From positions 17,347 through 81,346 of the forward strand of contig CAZGUX010000128.1 of the NCBI GenBank assembly GCA_964529305.1: 64,000 nucleotides of DNA, given 5' to 3'. This document shows positions 10,381 through 17,980 of this stretch, piece after piece. The stretch comes from an uncultured Solibacteraceae bacterium (GTDB lineage: Bacteria > Acidobacteriota > Terriglobia > Bryobacterales > Bryobacteraceae). Each line of letters starts with the position of its first letter. Position 1 is the first letter of the stretch. The translations under genes were made by a program, and so were the position numbers. The notes below the pieces were generated by a model, which did not search any database, was not told the origin of the DNA, and saw nothing but the letters and a program-made list of their open reading frames with translations.

Positions 10381-12939
10381 CTACGGCACGACCCTCACCA
10401 CGACGTATCCAACCTTGCTCAGCACTTGCGGGATGCGCTGCACCAGGAGCCGGTCTTTGTTCCTGGTTTCCTGGGAGAGTTCCTTCCAGGGACGCAGGTC
10501 CTTGTGTACCTTGCGCGTCTTATCGGTGTCTTTTGCCCATTCCCATCCCGTATCGAGTTTCAGCGCCATCCACCGTTGGTGTTCTAGTTCCGCGAGTTTG
10601 TCGGCTTCCCCAGGGGTCATTCGGGCTGCTGTCTCTCCTCCCCGGGCAGGGACCATCACGCACCCAATTGCGGCCAGTTTCCTCGACATATCTCGAACGT
10701 TGGCCCGATTCTGCTCCTTCTCGTGTTCGGGAAGTTGCGCGTAGGGTCTCAATGAGCTGTGCGTTCTGGCCTCTTCTCTCGTTTCCGCTCCCCACTGGTA
10801 ACCCTGAGCCTTCAGTTCCTCGCAAAAGACCTCGTGAACCGATTCCGCAAGCCGTTCGACGACCTCGGAAGTCAGTTCCAGTTGTTGGACGAGCGCCTGG
10901 AATTCGACAGGGTTGACGTGAATGCTCATTTGCGGAACGTGGGGAAGACAGGACCGTTCAAAGCGCCGTTTGCCGGCAAGGCTGCTCATGGCGATGATCG
11001 ATTCCATGGAGCGGACGCCGTGCCTGTACTCGCCGATTTGCAGCAATGCCCGAAGCACTCCGTCGTCGATCTGCAAGCCCTGACGGGCTTCGAACAGGTG
11101 GCCGGCGTCGCGGCGGAGGAGGGTGTGCAACAGAATGGCGCGGCGGATCGCCGAATACGGATCAGCGCCTGGCGCCTGAGGATTGGGGCCCATCACATTG
11201 ATGTATCCCTTGAGCCGGCTGACGAAGTCCGGCCCCTTGGCCTGTTGGAACAAGCGCGTTCTGTCGGCGTCGTCTGAATGGCAGAACTCGGCCATGGTCT
11301 TGCTGATTCCGCCGGCGAACACAAAGATCGAGCGGCCAATCGGGTGCGAGAGTTCGCCTTCCTGGAAAAGACCATCCTGCATCGGGGCCAGGAAGTGTCG
11401 CAGCCATTCCGGGCGATTGTCCCTGTCGATCATGTCGAATTCGTCCCAGAACACAAGCGGAAGCTTACCCGAGAGGCCGATGTCGCGCACGCGGTGGAAG
11501 GCATGCACCAAATCCTCGGGGGAGCGGAACAGTGTGAGGTTGAAGGTAATGTCTTGAATCTCTCCGGGCAGGAGAGCCTTGGCGAGCTCCTTCACGCCAA
11601 ATGACTTGCCGGAGCCAGGAGGGCCAAAGACAGCAATCGAGAGCGGGCGCGCCAGCTTTTGGCTCACGTACTCGGCGACCAAGGCCCGAATGCCGCGGTA
11701 GCTCTCGATCTCCTGGCGATCCACGGCGAGCAGTTTTCCAAACTGCCCCACCGGGATGTCGGCAAGAACGGCTTCCGGCCCTAGGCGTACGATCGTCTCG
11801 GCAATGGGACCGAGGCCGCCGGCATGACGGTCGTGCAGGATGGTCCACAACCTGGAATTGCCGGCGAAACCGGGTGCCGGGACAGATGAGCGAGCGAATC
11901 GATGAGCCGGCCGCTCGATTTCAGAGACGATCCGTGCGGTAGGAAAGCGAAGATCCGCGGCCGAGGCGTTGGTTCCGGGATGGCCGTAGCCCTCGAGATG
12001 CAGTGCGCGCATTGCGGACAGACCGGCCTGAACGGCAAGGGCCATGTCCGCGTTGGCCGGATCTCGCGCCAGTTCCCTGACGATGGCGGCCGTGAGGCAG
12101 GTAGAGTATCCGATCATGCCGCCCTGGTGCAGGGCGAGCCACATCCCCTCGACTTCCCTGGGGGCAAAGACCAGTTCGAACGCGGGCGCCGAACGATCCT
12201 CGCCCGGCTTCCTGGTACTCAGGAATGCGCCCGCGGCGGGGAACGAGGTCACTGTGAAGGCGCACGACGACAGGGCATTGAGCTGAGGATTGAAGGTCAT
12301 CTCCCAAGCCAAGTCCTGGGCGGTGCGCTCCCAGGAGATCTCGCGGCTAATATGAACATTGGTCAGGCGCAGATCGTTGGCGGCCACGACGACAATCAAA
12401 CGTTCGCGATACCGTTCGACCAGGTGGTCGAACAGCGGCCCGCGGGCGATGGGGGCGCTCATCTTGAGCACAATCCACCGCGGCGGCGCGCCTTCCCCGA
12501 GGGGCCACGAAGAAGGGTCGCTGCGAAATCCCAGGTCCGCATCGTCGAGGACCACGATGTCCGGGTTCCCAGCGGGGTCCAGCTTCGGAGCCACCCGTGT
12601 GCCCGGGCGCCTGCCGCCGACACCCAGGAATTCCTTCACCCGCCAGGCGGGCTTGACATCTTTCTTCTCTGCGGGGAACAACGACCACAACGCATACGAT
12701 TCGGGAAGAGCGTGATCGGTCAAAGACGTGGCAAGGTCCGGCACGGTGGGTTGGGTGACCTGGAGTTCCAACTGGCTGCCGGCGCCGGCAGCTTCGATCA
12801 GCGCGGCCGACAGCGCTGCACCTCCTAGCTGTGAGTACGCGCAAGAGCAGGCCCGGCCCCCCGACAGATCTCCGGAGGATTGCGCGATGTGGCAGTCCAC
12901 GGTCAGGTCGCCGGCGACGAGCACTCGGGTTGAGGCCAT
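10381..12939 (-). CDS. Large multidomain AAA+ ATPase with an N-terminal Rossmann-like domain and two tandem C-terminal RyR domains.
   Basis: 852 aa with Walker A (GPPGSGKS) and Walker B (LVFWDEFD). The N-terminal ~400 aa show weak ribokinase/PfkB-like features (VLVAGDLTVD, DIVVLDD, LIVVVAANDLR). The C-terminus has two RyR-like repeats (EVFCEELKAQGYQWG..RPYAQLPEHEKEQNR and QRWMALKLDTGWEWA..RPWKELSQETRNKDR). It is transcribed divergently from the SLOG-SLATT gene across a 56-bp gap. Confidence 0.6.
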   Translation of the reverse strand: MASTRVLVAGDLTVDCHIAQSSGDLSGGRACSCAYSQLGGAALSAALIEAAGAGSQLELQVTQPTVPDLATSLTDHALPESYALWSLFPAEKKDVKPAWRVKEFLGVGGRRPGTRVAPKLDPAGNPDIVVLDDADLGFRSDPSSWPLGEGAPPRWIVLKMSAPIARGPLFDHLVERYRERLIVVVAANDLRLTNVHISREISWERTAQDLAWEMTFNPQLNALSSCAFTVTSFPAAGAFLSTRKPGEDRSAPAFELVFAPREVEGMWLALHQGGMIGYSTCLTAAIVRELARDPANADMALAVQAGLSAMRALHLEGYGHPGTNASAADLRFPTARIVSEIERPAHRFARSSVPAPGFAGNSRLWTILHDRHAGGLGPIAETIVRLGPEAVLADIPVGQFGKLLAVDRQEIESYRGIRALVAEYVSQKLARPLSIAVFGPPGSGKSFGVKELAKALLPGEIQDITFNLTLFRSPEDLVHAFHRVRDIGLSGKLPLVFWDEFDMIDRDNRPEWLRHFLAPMQDGLFQEGELSHPIGRSIFVFAGGISKTMAEFCHSDDADRTRLFQQAKGPDFVSRLKGYINVMGPNPQAPGADPYSAIRRAILLHTLLRRDAGHLFEARQGLQIDDGVLRALLQIGEYRHGVRSMESIIAMSSLAGKRRFERSCLPHVPQMSIHVNPVEFQALVQQLELTSEVVERLAESVHEVFCEELKAQGYQWGAETREEARTHSSLRPYAQLPEHEKEQNRANVRDMSRKLAAIGCVMVPARGGETAARMTPGEADKLAELEHQRWMALKLDTGWEWAKDTDKTRKVHKDLRPWKELSQETRNKDRLLVQRIPQVLSKVGYVVVRVVP

Positions 12940-12995
12940 GTCTCGACTATAAGCGATTGCATCGGATCGAGACGCATGGATATGCTCTCGTTGGT

Positions 12996-14699
12996 ATGGC
13001 CAGCGTTGACGACAGACCGCGGTTGGCGTTCCGGGTGGGAGTGACGGGGAAACGGAACCTGACCGAGCTCGACATGGATGCGATCCGGCCTCGCATTCGT
13101 GAGCTTCTCGCCGTCGTCAAAGGCGCCATGGAGGGCGAGGCAGCACGGTCGCACGGGGTCTATTCGGACGAGCCTCCGCTGTTGCGGGCGGTTTCTCCCC
13201 TGGCCGAGGGCGCGGACAGGGTTTTCGCCGAAGAAGCCCTCGTGCTTGGGTACACGCTGGAGGCCCCGCTGCCGTTCCATAGGGTCGAATACGCCGAGGA
13301 TTTTTCTGATTCAGCCAGCCGCGCAGCATTCGACGGGTTGATCGCCCAAGCCGCCGGCGTATTTGAACTGGATGGCCGGCGGGAATCCGAATCGGAACCG
13401 TACGAGACCGTGGGACGGGTGGTGCTGGATCACTGTGATCTTCTGATGGTCGTCTGGGATGGCAAACCCGCCGGCGGGAAAGGGGGGACCGCCCAGATCC
13501 TGGAGATGGCGCGGCAAAGGCAGATTCCCGTCGTTTGTATCGGTATCGCAGGACTTGCGGACAGGTTTTACTGGGCGGGAATGGAAGACGATCGTATGAC
13601 CCTCTCCGCCGAGGCACTTCATTTGGCCGTCGCACGCCTGGTTCGCCCCCCCTGGCTGTCCGGAATCAATCCCGATGACGCCGACATGAGCGGGTCGTAT
13701 GTGGGATCCGCCAGCGGGAAACCAGCGGTTCTTGGCGTGATCTGGTCCTGGTTCGTGAAAGGGATGTTGGTGGGCGTAGAAGTGGAGCCCACCAGAAAAG
13801 AGCAGATTCCGGACAACGGCTTCACCCCCCCGTATAAACTTTTCGACTCCATCACCAACCGCTTCGCGGGACTCTATCGGGGAGCGTTCCTGGCGAATTA
13901 CAGCCTGGGACTGGCGGCCGTCTGGTTCGCTCTCCTCGGATATGCCCATGAAGGCTACGGAAAACTGTGGCTGTGGAGCGAACTGGCGGCAATTGCGATC
14001 ATCCTGCTGCTGATCTTTCTGCTGGGCCGAAGGCGGTGGCACTTTCGCAGCATCGATTGCCGCTATCTGACGGAGCATTACCGGATCCTGTGCTTCATTT
14101 ATCCTCTCGGGCTGACGGCGCCACCCTTGAGGCTTCCGGCGCACCATCTTCACAGCGACGTACAACGGAGCTGGATGGAATGGCGGCTGCGCGCAAGCTT
14201 GCGCCAGGAGCCGATGCCTGCCGGGACGGTGAATGCGGCCGAGGTCCAGGGCCACTGTGCGCGGATTGTGGGTGAATGGATTGACGGCCAGATTACGTAC
14301 CACCAGCGAAATGAGGTTGGCCTGGAGCGTATCGAGAAGCGGCTCGACGGGTTGGTGTGGTGTTGCGTCAGCGCCGCGGCCGTCGCCTGCGTGCTCCACT
14401 TCTTCGTGCATGACCCAGCGGTTGCGCCGTGGCTGACGCTATGTGCCGCCGGATTTCCGGCCGCGGCCGCGGCGTGCCACGCGATCGCCACGCAAGGCGA
14501 GTTCCGGCGGTTGTCGGAGCGGTCAGGGGCCATGCACAACAGCCTCCGTGGGATCAGGACTCGCATCCAGCAACTCAACAGCTCTGGACAATTGACACTT
14601 GCCACCCTAAGGCGTGAGTGCGAGACTCTGGCCGCGCTGATGATCGAAGAGGTGGTGGATTGGCAGATCCTGTACAGGAAGCCGGTACCGCCGGGATAG
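12996..14699 (+). CDS. SLOG (SMF/DprA-LOG-like nucleotide sensor) domain fused to two C-terminal SLATT (DUF4231-like 2TM) modules. It is a predicted ligand-gated membrane effector.
   Basis: The N-terminal Rossmann-like domain carries DprA/LOG-type motifs (RVGVTGKRNL, SPLAEGADRVFAEEALVLGYTLEAPLPF, LLMVVWDGKPAGGKGGTAQILEMARQRQIPVVCIG). The C-terminal half has two copies of a 2TM module (LANYSLGLAAVWFALLGYA/LWLWSELAAIAIILLLIFLLG, then VWCCVSAAAVACVLHFFV/WLTLCAAGFPAAAAACHAIA). Each copy has the flanking aromatic/amphipathic helices typical of SLATT. I chose ATG 12996 because the longer ORF from 12831 would overlap the divergent AAA+ gene. Confidence 0.7.
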   Translation: MASVDDRPRLAFRVGVTGKRNLTELDMDAIRPRIRELLAVVKGAMEGEAARSHGVYSDEPPLLRAVSPLAEGADRVFAEEALVLGYTLEAPLPFHRVEYAEDFSDSASRAAFDGLIAQAAGVFELDGRRESESEPYETVGRVVLDHCDLLMVVWDGKPAGGKGGTAQILEMARQRQIPVVCIGIAGLADRFYWAGMEDDRMTLSAEALHLAVARLVRPPWLSGINPDDADMSGSYVGSASGKPAVLGVIWSWFVKGMLVGVEVEPTRKEQIPDNGFTPPYKLFDSITNRFAGLYRGAFLANYSLGLAAVWFALLGYAHEGYGKLWLWSELAAIAIILLLIFLLGRRRWHFRSIDCRYLTEHYRILCFIYPLGLTAPPLRLPAHHLHSDVQRSWMEWRLRASLRQEPMPAGTVNAAEVQGHCARIVGEWIDGQITYHQRNEVGLERIEKRLDGLVWCCVSAAAVACVLHFFVHDPAVAPWLTLCAAGFPAAAAACHAIATQGEFRRLSERSGAMHNSLRGIRTRIQQLNSSGQLTLATLRRECETLAALMIEEVVDWQILYRKPVPPG

Positions 14700-14868
14700 C
14701 GACCGGGAACCGGGCTGGAGGTGCCCGGCAGTCCGGCACGTGCGAAGGGCAACCGCTCAATGGCCTGGTGTGCCGGTCGAATTGCCCGGCAAGTCGAGCG
14801 CATGATACGTTGGGCTTCCGGCAACGAGGCGATTCTCGCGGAGCGGACCTCTTGCGTCCGGGAATGCG

Positions 14869-16107
14869 GTGACTACAAAAGGTGGATCTGGCGGGTGGCT
14901 GAAGCAAGTCGCCCGAAGACTGAACTGGCACAAGGCCGAGCGGAAGTCTTGCGCGAAGTGTGGTTCAAGCAGCGACGCCGAAGCGCGCCTCTGCTCCGCT
15001 TGTGGAGCACGGTTCCCCCACCAGGATGCGCGCTACGACGGGTTCATCAGCTACCGGCGCGACGGCGGCAGTCACGTCGCCAGTCTGCTGCAGTTGCTGC
15101 TCGAACGCGACCATGAGAAGCGGTTTTATCTCGACGTGGAGGAGTTGCAGGTTGGCCGCTTCGATGAGCAGTTGCTCGAGCGGATCCAATCGACTTCCAA
15201 CTTTGTCCTTGTTCTCACGGCACGATGTCTGGATCGCTGTACCGAAAAGCACGATTGGCTGAAACGCGAGATCCTTCATGCGATCACGACAGGGCGCAAC
15301 ATCATTCCCGTTCTCGTAGAGGACTTCCGTTTCCCGGGCGATGAAGTATTCAAGGACTTGCCGGATTCGATGCGGCTCCTCCCGAATCTCCAGGGAGTCC
15401 CTTACACGCACATTTACCGAGATGCCGCGGTCCGCAAGATCACGCAGTACCTGAGGGACGTCGCTCCGTTCGATGCTCTCGGGTCTGACCCAACCGCTAC
15501 CGGGCGCACGACCGGGGGAGGCTCCCAATCCGGACCTCCGCTCGATAACACTCCTGTGACCGCCGCGACCGCCGGAGCGATGCCCGCCTCGGTTGGAGGG
15601 AGCGACCCATCGCCGCGCAAGACGCCGAATCCGACTATCCAAGGCCGGAACCCGGACACCGTGCCACCCGAGTTCCCTGTTGAGCAAAGAACAATAGCGT
15701 CTCCCGCTACTCGATCGTCTTCGATTGACGTGGAGGGGGTTCCCCCGCCCGCGGTACCGACGATGTTGACACCGGAAGCGGCGCGAGCCAGGGTCCGGGC
15801 GGATTCGTGGCTGCTGCAAGTTCAGTCTGATCTTGCGTCCATCGATCACTCGGAGCACGAACCGAGTCTTGGAGCCGCGCGCATCTCGGGCCTCCGTACC
15901 GTGTCTGATCACGATGCTTCAGGCGCCGAGCCGCGATTCGGGTACGCCACGATTGCCCGCTCGTCCGTGAAAGACATCGGCGGGGCCCCAGAGCCCCGGT
16001 TCGGATTCGCTTCAGTCCAGCGTCGAGATGCTTTACGCGTGGCCGAGACGCCCAATGATCCGAGGTTCGGTTCGCTCTGCGTTCACCTGCTCAGCGACCA
16101 GAAGTGA
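14869..16107 (+). CDS. Zinc-ribbon + TIR domain protein (predicted NAD+-consuming signal-generating enzyme) with a disordered C-terminal tail carrying (E/D)PRFG repeats.
   Basis: An N-terminal CxxC..CxxC ribbon (CAKCGSS..CSACGARF) is followed by a canonical TIR core (YDGFISYRRDGGSHVASLL..FYLDVEELQVGRFDEQL..NFVLVLTARCL..HDWLKREILHAI..NIIPVLVEDF). The conserved catalytic-Glu position is retained (WLKRE). The C-terminal ~200 aa are low-complexity with three EPRFG/DPRFG repeats. The start is a GTG. Confidence 0.8.
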   Translation: MTTKGGSGGWLKQVARRLNWHKAERKSCAKCGSSSDAEARLCSACGARFPHQDARYDGFISYRRDGGSHVASLLQLLLERDHEKRFYLDVEELQVGRFDEQLLERIQSTSNFVLVLTARCLDRCTEKHDWLKREILHAITTGRNIIPVLVEDFRFPGDEVFKDLPDSMRLLPNLQGVPYTHIYRDAAVRKITQYLRDVAPFDALGSDPTATGRTTGGGSQSGPPLDNTPVTAATAGAMPASVGGSDPSPRKTPNPTIQGRNPDTVPPEFPVEQRTIASPATRSSSIDVEGVPPPAVPTMLTPEAARARVRADSWLLQVQSDLASIDHSEHEPSLGAARISGLRTVSDHDASGAEPRFGYATIARSSVKDIGGAPEPRFGFASVQRRDALRVAETPNDPRFGSLCVHLLSDQK

Positions 16108-16111
16108 AACC

Positions 16112-17368
16112 ATGTTCAAGATCCAAACGATTCCATTCGAATGCCCGAAACGCAGCAAGGTCGGCTATGAGCTATCGATCGAGCTCATCGATTTTTCCGC
16201 GGACGCTCACGAGGTGTTCATCGTGGGACCTGATGGGCAGGGGGTCCCCCACCGGATCAGTGATGGTTGCGTGCGGATCGAGCACCGCGATGGGCCAGGT
16301 GTCGCGCGTTTTCAGGCGGTGGTCCGTAATAAGCCCGAGGTACTTGAAGAGGGGGGCGGTTCTCGCGTTCCGGTTCTGAAGCCCAGTGAAGCCAGAGACG
16401 TGCTCACGATTGAGGTTTTGGTGCTCCCTGAGACGGAACCATCTATCCGGGATGCCGTGGAGGCGATCGTTTCGTCAATGAGTATTGGTATCAAAGGTGG
16501 ATCGATGACCGTCACGGCTCCCGATCTCGGAGTGGAGGGATTCCGGCTTCAAAAATCCTTTGGGGAGGCGGCCCCGGCCGAAGTGCTTCGCAGGCTTGCG
16601 CTCGACCGGGGCGACGCAACCAGTGTCCTCCGTTGCCTGTATCTGCTGTTCGACCTGGCGGGCCGGTTCCCCCTTGTTCCGTGGCTGGCGCCGTCGATCT
16701 TCGCCGTCCTGGGTGATCTGGTCGGAAGCCTGTCCAGTTCCTTCATGTTGAAGCAAGTTCTGGATGCGTTCGAGCGCATCGCTTTGGCGCCGAAGGATCA
16801 GTGGCTTTATCTCATTCGAACACTTCAGGAGCAGCAACTCGAACGCAGTCGGACCATTGGACTGCTCCGGCGAGTGACGCCGAGGGAATACCGACTCCAG
16901 ACCGCCGCCATCGTTCTGGAAGTCTGCGGTGTAGTCGCGGACGGCAGAGGCGAAGCGTGTAATCTCTTCAACGACTTCTCGTATCGCCAAGCTGCCGAAG
17001 AGGTTCTGGAGTGGATGGAGGTGGACCGTTATGTGATTTCGGAGGGGTGCCAGTTTCTGCGAGCCATCGATTACCGAAGTGCACTACCCAGACTACGGAC
17101 CCTGTTGGACCAACCTGGGGACCGGCCAGGAGACGAGGAGATCGTCAAATGCCTAGCGTCCTGGCAGGACCACCCCTCGATCGCGATGATGGTGAAGAAG
17201 ATCGCCGAAACCTCCGATTACACGGCCGGCAGCATGGTGAAACATCTCCTGCGAATTGGCGCCGAAGTCATCCCCGCGATCCAAGAGGTTCAACGAAAGT
17301 CCGGACCTGCCAAGGCCAAGTCCATAGCAGACTCCCTCGCTTCGCATGCTCCATCGGCGAAAGCCTGA
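16112..17368 (+). CDS. Hypothetical protein with C-terminal HEAT/ARM-like repeats, third gene of the TIR cassette.
   Basis: Its ATG lies 5 nt after the TIR stop (translational coupling). The 419-aa product has no recognisable catalytic motifs. The C-terminal region has HEAT-like repeats (IVKCLASWQDHPSIAMMVKKIAETSD.., MVKHLLRIGAEVIPAIQEV). Confidence 0.55.
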   Translation: MFKIQTIPFECPKRSKVGYELSIELIDFSADAHEVFIVGPDGQGVPHRISDGCVRIEHRDGPGVARFQAVVRNKPEVLEEGGGSRVPVLKPSEARDVLTIEVLVLPETEPSIRDAVEAIVSSMSIGIKGGSMTVTAPDLGVEGFRLQKSFGEAAPAEVLRRLALDRGDATSVLRCLYLLFDLAGRFPLVPWLAPSIFAVLGDLVGSLSSSFMLKQVLDAFERIALAPKDQWLYLIRTLQEQQLERSRTIGLLRRVTPREYRLQTAAIVLEVCGVVADGRGEACNLFNDFSYRQAAEEVLEWMEVDRYVISEGCQFLRAIDYRSALPRLRTLLDQPGDRPGDEEIVKCLASWQDHPSIAMMVKKIAETSDYTAGSMVKHLLRIGAEVIPAIQEVQRKSGPAKAKSIADSLASHAPSAKA

Positions 17369-17980
17369 AGCACCTGTGCCTGTTGTCATCGCACCCGTCC
17401 AAAGGTGAACCCAGACGGAGAAGAATTTAGCCTCGAACCGCGGGACCAGGCTGCCAGGCGGAAGGCCTGGAGCCACAAACGCCACCTGTTAAATCCGCAG
17501 CTACGGCTAGATTGGCTCGAGCTTCGCTCACGTCGCCCGGTCAGCTTCTGCTGGATCACAAACGTCGCGTCTGGGTTCACTTCAAGTGTTTGGTGCGCGA
17601 AGCTCGAGTAGCAGTGGAATCACAAGCATGTCGCTCCCTTTCCTCGGTCACTCCGCCCTTCCCCTTGGCCCCTCAACCTAGTCCGCCGCAACGTGCGACA
17701 CTGATTCCCAGCAAACTCACCGTGCCCGCTCCCAACAACCATCAGCGTGCGTTCCGGTGAGTGGCCCTCTGCGTCGACACCCGTGAATGGGTGGAATTTA
17801 CGCCCAATTTCAGTCCAGCGAACACGATAAACCGGATTGGTTCTCGGGCTGAACGACGATCAACCCTCGACCGGAAACCTGGTCGTCGCACTGAGTCTCG
17901 CATGGAGACCTCCTGTTTTTCCCTCCCGCTCAGCCGGGCATCGAATCGTTCGGGCCGCCGGTGGCCGGCCATTTCCCACG

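Noticed and set aside
12831-12995. Longer start for the SLOG-SLATT gene at 12831, as given in the ORF track.
   Set aside because: It would overlap the divergent AAA+ gene start by more than 100 nt and adds only an Arg/Pro-rich leader. The ATG at 12996 immediately precedes the conserved beta1 strand of the SLOG domain.
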